DNA from: Chrysomallon squamiferum
Taxonomy: Eukaryota; Animalia; Mollusca
Assembly (NCBI GenBank): GCA_012295275.1
Contig: CM022671.1
Span: forward strand, 21,948,001 to 22,012,000
DNA: 64,000 nucleotides
Direction: 5' to 3'
The position numbers were made by a program, and so were the translations under genes. Below, in pieces: positions 25,235 through 39,990 of this stretch. The first letter of the stretch is position 1; the number at the start of each line of letters is the position of its first letter. A model generated the notes under the pieces. The model saw only the letters and a list, made by a program, of their open reading frames with translations, was not told the DNA's origin and did no database searches.

Positions 25235-27059
25235 TGGATGAATGGAAGTAGATATAGTGAAAATGAAATAGAGATAGAAAGATATAGTGTTGGGGGAGAG
25301 AGATAGATAGAGACAGAGAAATAGAGATAGAGAGAGAAAGAAAGACACAGAGAGAGAGCTAGGATAGAGTTTCTGGAACAGTGCCAGAAAGCTTGAGATG
25401 CTGAGAGATCTGAGTTCAAGACTTGTTTGATGCTGTATAAGAGCCATGGCATCAGCTCTTCATATGTAGATCCTGTTATGTACTCACCATTAATATAGTG
25501 CTGATATAAAAAATAGTAAACTTTTGGGGTCAAATCTCCTATAGTGTAGAGCTAGAACTGAAGATAAAAAGCACTGGATTTCAGAGGAAAGATATATTTT
25601 TAAATTGTTATTAGTCCTAAAATCCAATAACTGTTTTATATGCAAGTTTCATTGTGTGTGTGTCTGTGTATGTGTGTGTGTATGTGTGTGTGTCTGTGTT
25701 TAATTATACATAATCTATATTAAAATATAATTCTAAGATTTGATGTTCTTATTATGTATATATCACAGCCCATTTTAAATATATGTATATATATATATGT
25801 ATATATTAAGCACTGTAGAATATGTAATACAGAACCTTTTTTAACTTAAATAAAAACAACGGTTTTATCAGTATTAACAAAATAAAACGTGATAGTTTTT
25901 GTCTTTGAAATTTAATTTACTTTCATAGTTGTCAAGTTTAGATACAAATGTGATAAGACATGAAAACAAGTGCTGGAAATACATGTTTTTTGTGTGTAAC
26001 ATTAAAGAGTTCTACTTCCTGCCTGGGTCAAAATTCAAAGGTGAACGTTATAGAGCCAGATTTAATCTTTTGGGGGTTTTTTAGGACTGAAACGCACCTA
26101 GTTCCGAGAAATGCTGACTTTATTTTAATATGACTGCCATCTTAGAAACAGTACACCAGAATAACTGGGAGGCAGAAGGATCAAATCTCTGTATCAGACT
26201 CTGTGAACTGTAAGATCATTAACATTTTATTCTGTCATAGAAAAAAAAAAAAAAAAAAAAAAAAAAGACAGAAAGAAAGAAAGAAAAAGGAAGAAAACAG
26301 TAACATGAAACAAAAATTAATAATGAATATATTTTATAGTCAATTTGTTGGGTTTTTTTGCCAAGACTGAAAATAGCTTTACTTATAACTTCACATTTTC
26401 AAAATGAAAAAAACCCAACAAAAATCAACTCTTGCCAAGTTTCTTTTTATAACTGGAAATTATCAAGAACATTTAAAGATTACAAACAAAAGACAAAAAG
26501 GAAAAAAAGATGATGACACTCGAAGAAATTGCTCTGTTGTTGTATAGAGAAACCTCTTCATTCAGGAAGAACACAGAAAAGGTATTGTATACAGATAAAA
26601 CAAACATCAGCGAAAACCTGGTCATTCACAGTTGATGTCTTGTTTACCAGATGCAACCTGTTATTCAGAACCAGTGGTGTAGATAGACCTATCTGGGGTT
26701 TTTTTGTAATCCCCCCCATTCCAACTGGTCTACCAGATGCCAACTCAGGTAATGGTTAAGGTATGCAGGAATCAGAGGAAAGTTAACGAACATTCGCTCC
26801 CCGTTTTCGTTTATCAGAGCCAGGTGATAATTTACCTATAAGGTGTTTGATGGGATATCGGTATCTGCGAGCTGAGCTTTTAATTCCAAATGACATGACC
26901 AGAACCACCATCTGTGTGCGTGTTTGAGACTGATAAAGTATTTATCTCTGTGGTTAGTTTTCTCTATGGTTGTATTAAATTCTGGTATTGCAAAAGTGGT
27001 CGTTTGTTTGTTTTTACTGTTAAGTTAGATCAGCTGATGTAATTACCATTTACTTTTAG

Positions 27060-27139
<80 letters not shown>

Positions 27140-27755
27140 GTGTACAGATACATGTGTTGAATATATATGTATGTGAGTATATATGTTTCTTAGGAGTGTG
27201 AATGTAAGTATTTGTGTAAATAACTGTACTAAAATGAATACTGAAACTATGTCTTGTTTTCTTGTCTTTTTTCTTACAAAGATACTGGAAAATGTATAAA
27301 CTGTTATTTTAACAAACCAGATATTCACATTTGTGTTAGAAGGTTTTAATTTCTTATATAACACTTTAAATTATGAATAAACTACTGTAAATAAAATATT
27401 TTCAAAACTTTGTATCAAGCAATGAAAAACATGTATTGATGACTAATAATATATCAAAAGTATTTTCTTTGAAAACAGTCTGAACATGAAGAAAAACAAT
27501 GCTATTTAATTAAAAAATAAATATATATGTGGCTGTCTTCGACTGATGCCAAATCTCCACAGGTTCAAGGAAGTACAGTGTAATTCAATTTCTGACAAAA
27601 CAGATGTTCTATTCTTTATGAGGGAACATTGGGCTTTGAAAACAAATATCAAGGGCAGGTCCAGAATTTCCAAAAAGAGGGGACAACTGTCGTTGTCATG
27701 AAAATAATTTTCAAGAAGAAAGGAAATTTTATTTGGAAGACAAAACATCTGTCAA

Positions 27756-27786
<31 letters not shown>

Positions 27787-27844
27787 TAAATGCAGTCTCC
27801 CATGTAAAAAAAACAAAAAAAAAAAACAAAAGGGAATCATATAT

Positions 27845-28481
27845 GATGTTATTTAATATAGTGAAATAAAAAAAATATTGGTTTTGAATATTTGTTATAG
27901 TTCAGTCTAATATTAAGTATTTCTTAAATAACTATTTTTTTTTTTTTCGTTGTGGTTTTCTATTTCATGCTAGCTGTTAAACCATTAGAAGCTAATTCAG
28001 CAGACTATCATTACAGCTTTGAATTATGTTAACACTAATGTTATTTAATATAGTGAAATAAAAAATATATTGATTTCTTAATTTACATCTATTGATTTCA
28101 TAAATTTTTTATCTCACGTTTGTATTTTGCAGTTAACGATGTTTGAATTTTATTAATACTGAAGTAATTTAATACAATGAAATAAAATATTGTTTCTTTT
28201 ATTTTACACCTATCCATTTGATAAATAATTTATTTCACATTTACCTTTTGTAATTAATGCAGTTTGATTTTATTAATACTAAAGTAATTTAATAGAATGA
28301 AATAAAATATCATTTCTTTCTTTTACACCTATCCATTTGATAAATAATTTATATCACATTTACCTTTTGTAATTAATGCAGTTTGATTTTTATTAATACC
28401 AAAGTAATTTAATACAATGAAATCATATATCCGAGCACCCCCATGATCTGTTTTAGAACATGTAAGTATGGTGTATCTCTC
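27845..28481 (+). repeat. Dispersed direct repeat, copy 2, with one extra ~120-bp unit
   Basis: Matches 23026-23506 and is preceded by a 40-bp internal piece of the same repeat. Confidence 0.9.
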
Positions 28482-30084
28482 CTCCAGATTTTTTTTTTTT
28501 TTTCATTGGCCTACTGAAAGGTTTCTCCAAAATACTGATGTTAACATCTCCCAGATATTTTATTTTTATGTAGATAAACAATATCCATTATCACAGCAGG
28601 TTGCGGAGTTCACAATGTTTGTGAAAGTAAAAATATGATGTGTCTTCAGAAACAGAGCAGACAAAACATGAAAATGAAACTGTTTTGTTCAAAAGATGTG
28701 ATAATGCATGGGTGATAGTGATGATAACAACGTATGTTAATGTATGTGTCATATTCACATTATCTATTGCTTGCTTAGTTCAGTTGTTGGCTCAGAATTA
28801 TTCTGAAACAAGAAAACAGACATTTTATGGCTGGTATCCTAGGGTTAAAGTCTGACATAAAAACATCATTAAAGTGATAAAATTTAAAATATATAGTAAA
28901 TAACTACATATACATACATACATCCATATATATATAAATGGATATATTATATATATATGTATGTTTATCCTATTCCAAACAGAGAGAGAGAGAGAGAACA
29001 AGAGAAAAAAAAGAAACCACAGAGAAAAAAACCCTGATAATGCAAGTTTCAGGGGCAGAGACAGAAATGGAGATAGAGAGAGGTGGAGAGAGAGAAAGAT
29101 GAAGGAAAATAAAACTAAAAACAAGATTTATTCTATTTACATGGAATGGAGGGACTCATGTTTATAAATTATATAATCTCTGTTTGTGCTCTGCTATCTT
29201 GCTCTGTGTATTCATGTTTGATTTGAATCTGTCTCTGTTACAAGTGTTTTAACATTTGTTTTTTGATGTGAACATGTAACATGGCTGCTAGATAACATTG
29301 TCATAACAAGAAACATTCTGAGTGATATTTCATGATGTAATCTTTTTCTTTTCATCTTTTGATCTCAACCTCTTTTAAATATAATATATATATATACATA
29401 CATACATGTATGCATGTGTTGTAGGTGTGTGTGTGTGTGTGTATATGTGTTCACACACATATACATACATACATACATACATACAGACAGACATACATAC
29501 ATACAACATACATACAATATGTATGTGTGTGTATGAGTGTTTTTATATATATATATATATTCATGGATACACAGTTTTAATTTTATTTTTTTAATACTGC
29601 ATTATGGACTTTGTTGAGATCTGAATCACACTGACTGACAAATCTATACCAAATTTCTGTCAGTGTAAAATTTTATCTCAGATCTCAAAATGTGTTAAAC
29701 TGAAACTAATCAAGGATGTCCTTCATTATCACATACATCCTATTATAGAGGCTAAATCCAGTAACACATCACACAATCTGAAATATCTGCACTAAATTTC
29801 AATTACTGTCAAATTTCATTTCTGAACACATCTTTAAGTTGTTGAATACATAGAATATGAGATTGCCTATCAGAGCTATATTTTATATATGTACTTGCAT
29901 AGATAGCATAAACTATAAAAGTGATATACTCTGTATAGTTTGATATATAGTAAAAAAATAATGTGTGTGTGTTTGCATTCTATATGTTTCAGGCCATTCT
30001 TTTGCATTTAAATATATTAAAATATAAATTCTGTTTTATGAACAGTTTAATAAAATAAAAATAAACAAACAACAACACCAACAA

Positions 30085-30141
<57 letters not shown>

Positions 30142-31264
30142 AACACATTTATGCCACAGTGAATTTTGTGAACAATTATAGTAAAAAATTTTGTTTTTTA
30201 ACCAGCTCATTTCTTTATAATGTAGAAAGGTAGTAGAATTACATCACATACTTAGTATTTAGCTTACAATTAGATCAACAACAAAAAATAACTCACAAAT
30301 AAGCTGAAGCCTGTAGGTATATTCTGACACTAATACAAACTTACAAAGATTAATTTAATATATCTCTGACTCTGCCTTTCTCTCTATCCATTCTTTTTTC
30401 CAGTCTTTCTTTTTCTTTCTCTCTCCATTTCTCTCTTTTCCACTAGCTCAACTTCATCTTCATTTCTGTCTTCCTGCATTCTCTCTCTCAGAATCTCTTC
30501 CTCATTCTATTTCTCTCTCTCTTTCTAATTTGTACATGTGTGTGTGTGTGTGTTTTAAATATTTCAAAGGAATGATCAAAATATTCTTTAAATAAACATA
30601 CAGCTGATTAAGTTTTAATCTTGCTAGAGCATTTCTGCAAATAAACAAAATTAATTTCACAGACCATCATTCTCACAACTCTTTCACACACACACACACA
30701 CACACACTGAGACAAAAACCAAAAAAAAAGAAGATAGCATATATATAATTAAATATATAAATCATGAACATTTACACACAATATTTATACCACAAATTAT
30801 ATTAGAGATTAAAATATATTCCATTCTGAAACATTTTTGCTTACAGTTGTATAAACATTACAAGTAAATGTTTATACAAATGTAAGCAAAGATTATCAGA
30901 AATATTATGCAATCTAGATTGCTAAGGACCTTGGAGACTGAAGTTATAAATATAGCAAATCTTTAAACCAATGACTGAGTTTCAGAAAATATAAAAATAT
31001 AATATGTAAGAAAAAAAAGTTTTTCTTACAGATATAACTAATTTTTAAAAAAAAAGTGTTTATGATGGAGAGAAAATGGGAGGTTTGGTGCAGACTGGGG
31101 TTAAAACTGATGAAAGGAAAGAGCAAGGCTAATAAATTTATTTATCTTTGGTACAGCCGTGATCCAGAATTATGATTTAAAAACACATCATAAAAACATC
31201 AGACAATTTTGCATAGGGCCTCAGATTTAGTCACATTTCTGATTTGTGCTTGTTACAGAAATTA

Positions 31265-31960
31265 AAACAACAACAGTGATAATAACGATTTTGATATTGA
31301 TAAAATAATAACGATAATGATAATGACAATAACAATAATAACAACAACACTAATAATCATAAGAATAAGCATAACAATAGAAATAACAACAACAACAATA
31401 ATAATATAAACATTTATAATAACAATGATGATGATGATAAGAGTTGTAATGATGATACTGCTAATAATCATAATGGTAGTAGTTGTTGTTGCAGAAATAA
31501 CATTTGTGGAGTAGCAGTAATGATGATAATAATACTAAAAGTAGTTGTAGCTGTCACAGACATTGTAGTTGTTGTAGTAATAGTAGTAGTAGTAGAAGGT
31601 AAATAATAGCAACAGTAGCGATGGTTGTAGTACTGGTGATAGCAGCAGCAGCAGTTGTAATAGTAGAAGTAGTGATAACAATAATACTGAATCTATAACT
31701 ACTACTACTACTACTACTACTACAACTACTACTACTACTACTATTACTACTACTACTACTATTACTACTACTATTACTACTATTAGTATGACTATTAGTA
31801 TTACAGCTACTACTATACTTTTTATTACTGTCACTACAACTATTATTACTCCCTTTTCTTCCTCTAATAATAATAATAACAATAATAATAATAACAATAA
31901 TAACAGCAATAACAAAACAAAAAAAAATGTAAATAACATTAACATTAACAACAACAATAC
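31265..31960. repeat. Compound trinucleotide tracts (AAT/AAC, AGT, ACT)
   Basis: Direct inspection. Confidence 0.9.
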
Positions 31961-32028
31961 ACTTAATGTTACAAAAAAATAAAAATAAAAAAAAAAAAAA
32001 ATAAATAAATAAATCTACACCCACTTAC

Positions 32029-32094
32029 CTCAGTTTGTTCTAAATACTTTCTTTTTTGACCATGGCACTGTGTATTTGACCTTACACCCCATCT
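32029..32094 (-). other. Candidate 5'-UTR exon (66 nt)
   Basis: Acceptor tgtgtattgtcAG and strong donor GAG|GTAAGT on the minus strand. Confidence 0.35.
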
Positions 32095-34017
32095 CTGACA
32101 ATACACAATACTAGCAGAAACTATTTACCTAGCCTTCAGAATTCCATAGTATTTCTGACATAAACAAATACACACAAATGCCAGTATAGCCACAGGTAAA
32201 GTACAAAAACCTTTGAACGTACAGGCAAGCTACTAAAACCTTTGAACATACAGGTATATTATATGTATGTATGTATATATAATATGAGGGATTTTCGCGC
32301 CACCTGACCGTTAAAGAGAAACACACCTGGATGATACCTGAGTACAAAGAAACAGGTATTCTCATTTTTCACACAAGTGCTGACAGAGTAACCCACAGAG
32401 ATGAGCTATTTAGAGAGTAATCAAAATATACTGTGTAGCAGAATGAATTTGTGTGTGAATGTGTGAGTGTGTGTGAGTGTGTGTGAGTGTGTTTATATCT
32501 TTTTGAAGATAGAGATGTATTATTTAAGAAACCTTTTTAATCCATAGTTATGTAGATTCATATGAGTACACACACATATATATACACACACACACACAAA
32601 TATACATATATTCATGCATACATATACATTACAATATGAACCTACATATTTATATATATATAGAGAGAGAGACACACACACTCACTTGTACACATATACA
32701 CATATATACATACACATATACACACACACATATATACATATACATACATATATACATACATACATACATACATGCATACATATGTGTGTGTGTGTGTAAA
32801 GATCATATAGATAAAGAGAAGAAATATGTTATAGGATAAGCTACTCTTTTTTTGGTGGGGTAGCAAGAAATCTTTTTATAAGTACTTCCAATAAATTCTC
32901 ATCTTTGCTAAATTGGTACAGGAGCAGAGATTGGAATTGGAAATTATCTAACAGGTAACAGTAAAGTCTGCTGTAAGTGTATAAAAAAAGAAGAAAAAAA
33001 CCCAGATTTTCTTTTAATGTTAATATATGGCCATTGTCAGTATGAACTTATTATTGTTGTTGTGTTGTTGTATTTGTTGTTGATGATAATGTTATTATTA
33101 TTATTATTATTATTACTTTTATCATTGTTGTTGTTATTCTTCATACAATAAATCTTTTACCAGACAGTATTCCTTCCCAGTTCATGTATCATATATTCAC
33201 ATGAGGCTATTTTTTTTCTTTCCATATTTTGAAGTGCACTCGGATCAATCAAAGAGAGTGGTTTTCTTTCAGTCACAGAAGAAATATACTTCCTGAAGCA
33301 AAGTGGAAGGCATTAAACATATAGATTGTATTTCACTGGAGTACAAGTGATGAAAACAGGTCTGGGGGATATAATGTAAACATTGTGTATATGTGTGTAT
33401 GTGTATGTGTGCATTTGTGTGTGTGTGTGTGTGTGTGTTTGTGTTTTGTGTGCATATATATGTGTATGTATCTATATTCTGTGTGTGTTTATATGTTTCT
33501 ATGTATGTGTGTATGTGTATGTGTGTCTTTGTGCGTGTATTTGTGTTTGTGTGTGCGTTTTGTGTGCATACATACGTTTTTATGTATCTATGTACGTGTG
33601 TCTGTGTATTTGTATGCATATACATATGTTTGTTGTATGTGTGTGTATGTATATATGTATCTGTGTATATGTATATGCATCTTTGTATATCTGTATGTAT
33701 GTATGAATATATGTGTTCTGTATAATGTTTGAATGTATCTTTGTATGTATGTATTTCTGTACTGATGTATGTTTACATGTATGTTTGCATGTATATGTGT
33801 ATGAATGTATATATGTGTTTCACTGTGTATGCATGCAGAGTATGTGACAAATTTTTAATTATTTCCCATTCCAGCTCTCTTGTTAAACTGCTTGTTAAAA
33901 GTATACATATATACATAAACACACATATAAACATACACAAAATATATTTATAAACAAAACATACAAGACACTTACACATAAATACACCTGAGTGTGGATG
34001 TATGTGTATATACATAC

Positions 34018-34048
<31 letters not shown>

Positions 34049-34060
34049 CTATACTATACT

Positions 34061-34220
34061 GTGAGTAAATATTTACATTTGTTATTAAAGTCAGTAAATG
34101 CTGATCAGATATTTTATTCAGTGCAGAGGTACCCGAGTGTGGAATAAGGTATCTCTGCACTGAATAAAATATCTAAACAGCTTGTATTGACTTTAAATAC
34201 AAATGTAAATATTTACACAT
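34061..34220. repeat. Long inverted repeat (~73-bp arms, 14-nt loop); MITE-like or hairpin RNA
   Basis: 34107-34133 versus the reverse complement of 34148-34174 has 1 mismatch in 27; outer arms continue with few mismatches. Confidence 0.9.
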
Positions 34221-34712
34221 AGCACAGTAAGTAAGAAATATAAATCATTGTTCTGTCATCCGATCTCATCACATCTTCACTGTGACACCTGTGATTAACA
34301 CAGACACCTGAAACTCACAGTTAAAACAAAGTGCTGAGTAGTGATTGCAGAGCATTATTTTCTTTGTTTTTAACTTTTGGGACTTGATGGCTGTAACTGC
34401 CGATATAAAAACGTGCTATTCTGTGCTAGATCATACAGAAAATATCTACCAGGGGTAATACATACTGGTTATTTGATTGCTCACGATATAGTATTAAATT
34501 CATGGAAAAAATTAAAATATCTTCTTTTATTATTTCGTTCTTTTTTCTTCTTTTAATTGTTGTTGTTATTTTTATTATTAGTTTTATTATTTGTTTCTTT
34601 TAGTTTCTTTAGTAGTAGCTGTTGTTGGTGTTGTAGCAGTAGTTAGTAGTAGTAGTAGTAGCAGTAGTAGTAGTAATAGTAGTAGTAGTAGTAGTAGTAG
34701 TATTGTTATTAT

Positions 34713-34761
<49 letters not shown>

Positions 34762-34880
34762 TGTAGTAGTAGTAGTAGTAGTAGCAGCAGCAATATTGTT
34801 CTTTGGGCCCATACACTTAAGGAAATACCATGGAAATAAATATAACAGGTGAAATCCACACCTGGCAAATAATAGGTTTC

Positions 34881-34911
<31 letters not shown>

Positions 34912-35663
34912 TTTTTTATTAAACACAGAGGTTCTTTTATATATAAAAGGAAATAAAGTATCATATTACTTTTTAAAATTTAGTAATGAGACACTAGTAA
35001 GATTGGGAAATAATTCAAAAGCAGCCTTGCTCCTGCTGTGCCAAAGGTAGCACTTTGTATACCAGCACTACTCTCCCAGTCATCCATAACTAAAGACACT
35101 CTCCCACTGACCCATTCCATTAACCAAAGGAAAAGAGATTCTGTGATTGCAATAAAACAAATCGGTACATCTCCCATTAACAAACAAACCACAGCAAAGT
35201 TATAGTATCCTCAGACTTGTGTTGCACCTCTGTTTTTGTTTTCTTAAATGTCTCTCTTCAAATCAGTTGATATCCACCTGAAAGATTCTTCTCCATGGGT
35301 GGCTGCACACACTGATGTACAGATGTGACACTTTTGTTCCCTCTAGTTAAATATTATTAAACTGACTGTGCCAGAAATAAACATATCTTTTACTAATGCA
35401 AATTGTCACAGGTATAAACTTACCTGTGTTCATTGTCAGCTGACTTAAGAAAAAAAAAAGAAACAGTTTAGCAGTGTATTAAAGAGATTAAATGATGTAA
35501 TATCAAGACTTTTGGTTATTTATTTACTTGTTTATTTGTTTGGTTGATTTTTTTTTTTCTATGGTTGATTTGTTTTGTTTTGGGTTGTTTATTAATTAAG
35601 TTTTTATGTTTGTAAAATAGAAATAAACATTTTTTTTTGGCTAATAGGCTTTTATTTATTTAC

Positions 35664-35765
<102 letters not shown>

Positions 35766-36088
35766 TACATGCTAAGTGAATTAGAAATATTGGGAAGGAA
35801 AGATGAACAAAGATCTAAAAAGACAGACAAACAAACAGACAAAGAATTAACTGTCAACTTACTGACAAAAACATAGACAGACAGAGATACAGAGACAGAT
35901 ATTATTTTAAATGAAAAATTAGAGCAGTAGGCTAAGTTTTGTGAGAAACAACTCTGCTTAATGATGAGAAAAACAGATTAAAAAAACACTGTTATGAACT
36001 AATAACATTAACTCAGTATCATGTTAACACACTCTCACAGACACCTGAATAAAAACAGCTGTTACAGAGTGAAAATATAACAACAGTT

Positions 36089-36172
<84 letters not shown>

Positions 36173-37566
36173 ACAGAAAAAACAGATAAAGAAACAGAAA
36201 AAGATAAAATAGACAAAGAGATATAGAATGACAGAGAGTGAGAGAAGATATACAGAGAAAAGAGAGAGAGACAAAGAGAGAGACAAAGAGAGAGAGTGAG
36301 AGAGGAGAGAGTCAAAGCAACAGAAAGGAGATACAGAGACAGAGAAAAGAGTGATGGAAAGAGGGACAGACCTAACTTCTGTTGTCTAACAATGGAAACC
36401 GAAGAAGCAGATTTAAGTTCACTGATTAGAGAACTGATCTGAAGTCAAAAGAATCATGAAACATGGTGTTTGCTCTCCTGTATATTGGAAGGTACATATA
36501 TAAAGATACATTGTTGCTACTATAAACAAGCAGTCCACTGAGCCATGTTAACAGGTATTCTTTGAAAAGTATTATATCCACAGATGATGCTATGCTTATT
36601 TTTCTGTTAATATGTACAATAAACTTTATGCTTTATGATTAACAAAGCATTAAAATGGATAATATAATTTTTACAATTTTTATTTTTTTATTTTTTTTAT
36701 TTTAAATCATAATTATAGTTTAACATGCCAGATTTATTAAGTAAAACTAAAACATGACAGATTCATTAAAAGCAACACAGATTTCAAATCAGGTCATCCT
36801 ACCACCACCCATAACATCCTGTGCAGTTGCTATAAACATCACCAGCTCGTGTTATTCAGTGTAAAATACACAGTTTTTATTTCAAGTGTAAATGTTTAAG
36901 TGCATTATAAACAATACATAGGAAACTACACAAATCTGATCACAATTATGTCTACATGGGGATAAGCATGTAGATGTCTGGATGTTCCGGATGTGTCTGG
37001 ATGCTTTGGATATGTCTGGTTGCAAATTCTGGGTTAACGTTTTAACTCTTTCTCCTCCAAGTACAACACTGGAATGTGCAAAGGAGAAATAAAAAGATAT
37101 ACAAATATACAGAAATAAAGGCCATCTTTGTTTTGAATGCCAAAACCGGTTAATTTTTAAAGAGAACATTTTTTAATGTAATCTCAGGAATCAAGAAACT
37201 GTCCAGGCTGAAATGAAGGGAACAGAAATAATAAAATAAAAAAAAGGAAACTTTATGGAAAATATTACAGTAAATATGTTTCTAACAAAAGAACTGTATA
37301 AAAATAAATAAATAAATGATTGTGATTGTTATTAAATGTAGTCCATGACTCACAAGTTTGAACCTTCATCATTCCAAACTGTTCTTAGCTTATCCACATT
37401 GATGAATAAATGAATAATAATAAAAACAAAAAAAAATAAAAAAAATTTCTTTAATGTCCTCATGTCACATTTATAATATTAATAATAATTATCAACATCA
37501 GGTAGTTTGTATAAGAATAATACATAAACAGAAACCTGTTAAAACTGCTTTGTTGCCCACTCTTAC

Positions 37567-37657
37567 CAATAACGGAGCAGTGGTTGGAATGGTAAATTGG
37601 TTAATGAGAGCACACCGACGAGAACAACCATGACTAAGCTGAGACATTTAGTTCACA
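37567..37657 (-). other. Candidate 5'-UTR exon (91 nt)
   Basis: Acceptor attatttcAG, donor TTG|GTAAGA, GC-richer than flanks, stops near the start of all three frames. Confidence 0.35.
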
Positions 37658-39139
37658 CTGAAATAATTTCCGTTATCTATCAGCCTGGTGCATTTCACCT
37701 AACAGCAATCCTTTAACCTTTGAGAAAACCTCCTGACCCAAACTACATCTAATGACGTTTGCTGTATAACCAGAGTTAGTTGTCACAATAAATAGAGCAG
37801 CTCTCCGATAACACAACAACAAGAGGAACAAATTGGCTGAACTGGCAGGAATGTGGCAACCTCCTGTTATGTGGTACAGGAGGAATCTGGAAGCCACCCT
37901 TGGAGTGTCTGGTCCCTGTGACAGGCAGTAAATGTCACCTTGTAAATGTTACACAAACTTTGTTAAGATGCTTTTTGATGTAAAGTCACCAAAAACGGCA
38001 TGGGAAAGAGAAAAATTTAAATATCTCTCAGTTAGTTTTATTAATTTTTTTTATTTGCTCTTTCTCTTGTCTAGTTATTTCCCTTCATGTAAGTCTTTTT
38101 TGGATGTTTCCCTTTCTCTATTTTTCATTCCGTTTCCCTCAATTTCCTCTCTCACTCTCTCTTTTATCTTCATCTTTGAATATTTCTCTATCTATACATC
38201 TTTGACCTTTGTCTTTGTAAACTATGTGTGTGTGTGTATATATATATTGATTTCTCATCTTTCACTCCTTTCCATTTTCACCTTCCATTGATTTTGTAAA
38301 AATAAAGAAGTTTTAATTATTATGTGATTTCACTTTTCACATCATAATGTTTATTTTTATTTTTTGAAAATCAAATAAAATTATCCACACTGCCTACCAC
38401 ATCAAAGCATGAGTTTTTCTTAACTGTTGACCACAAAGTATATTAGCAAGTTAATGTCAGTATGTCACTGCATTAGCAAATTAGTAAAAAGAATTTTGTG
38501 CTTTGGCCGTGTACACTACATTAATGCTCTTCAAGAGTATAACCATTACCAGCATGGTTCTAGCTACATCAAGGAGCTCAGCTTTATTAGAAAAATGTGA
38601 ATATATAATTAACTGGACAAGGGTCAGACAGATGCAGATAACTACTGATATAACACATTAACAGAGTAAGTGGTCAGTTATGACTTGTCCACTTGTCCAC
38701 TTTGGCACAGTCACAGTGATTAAAGCTTCAGAGCTTGCGTCTGGTTCCAGCCATGTGATATCTATTATAACACATTAATGTATTAACCTTCATTATCTCA
38801 TATTAATGTATGAAATAGAATGATAATAATAATAATATTAGTAGATTAATTCTGATTGTGATACGTTAAATACATTATATACACATTGTAACTGAGATGG
38901 TCTGTTAATTCCATGGATATTCCAAACAATGATATATACCTTATATAAAATGTTTATTAGGTATGAATAACAGTCAGTAACAAGACTTGATCCTAAGAGC
39001 TGACAGTTTTTAAGCATTGTGATTGTCAACATCCTCACTTATCTATCACTGTACAAACATGGAAATAATTGTAAGCCTTAATATGCTGCAGTCTATCAAT
39101 ATTATCAAAACAGAGCTGAAAGCTAAACAGATAGATAAC

Positions 39140-39220
39140 AGATAGTGGTGTATGTTTTTCCACCTATGGGTAGGTGGATATAAAAATATCCCTTTGCTGC
39201 CTATAGAGAAAAGAGGGAGT
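39140..39220 (+). mobile_element. Nin-domain SINE fragment
   Basis: GTGGTGTATG...CTATGGGTAGGTGGATATAAAAATATCCCTTTGCTGC...GAAAAGAG resembles the 2368 element core. Confidence 0.4.
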
Positions 39221-39908
39221 TCACATTATGAAAATAATTACATTATAATCCTTAATGTTCTAAAGGCTACCAGAACAGTTAAAGTCTAAAATGATTAAAA
39301 GGCTGTGGTATTAGATTTTTAATTTTTAAGGAAGGTCCTTGTTGCTTTTAGAATAAAGAGGATAGTTCATATGAAATAATTACATTTTAATCAGTTTTGC
39401 ATACCAGTGTTAAATAACTGGTAAACAGAAAACTGAAAATGTGTTAAAAAAAAAAAAAAAAAAAAAGTAACCCACAACCTTAATGGCAGCTTCCTGTCTT
39501 ATTAAGTAAACCATTAAAACAGAACTTTTTATTTCTTATAATTAATTTTTTTATTTTAAAATATTTTTTATCATTAAATGAAACATTTCTACAATTCAAA
39601 AAAAAAAAGTTTAATTTTAATTAAATAAAAATACATTTCTTTAAAAAAATATAATAATAAGAAGAAGAAGAAAGAAAGAAATAAATAAAGAAAATAAAGA
39701 AAAGAAAAAATCAAACATACAAACAAAAAACAAAAAATTAATAAATAAAACAAACAAATAAAACGGTTCAATTTTATAATTAAATGAAACATTTCTACAA
39801 CAGAACAAGTTAATTTCATAGTTTATAAATGAAATTTTTTTGTACAGTTCCAACACAGAAGAGTTTCTAACTGTTTCTGGCTGTTGCAGGTCTGCCTGGC
39901 ACACTTAC

Positions 39909-39990
39909 CAACATGCTGCACTGTTAATAGCAGTCACATGGCCGCTGGAGATTTCTTCAAGGGCGTCCTCTCTCACTCAGGCACATGTTG
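39909..39990 (-). other. Candidate 5'-UTR exon (82 nt)
   Basis: Acceptor gttttcctctcgacAG, donor TTG|GTAAGT, GC-rich. Confidence 0.45.
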
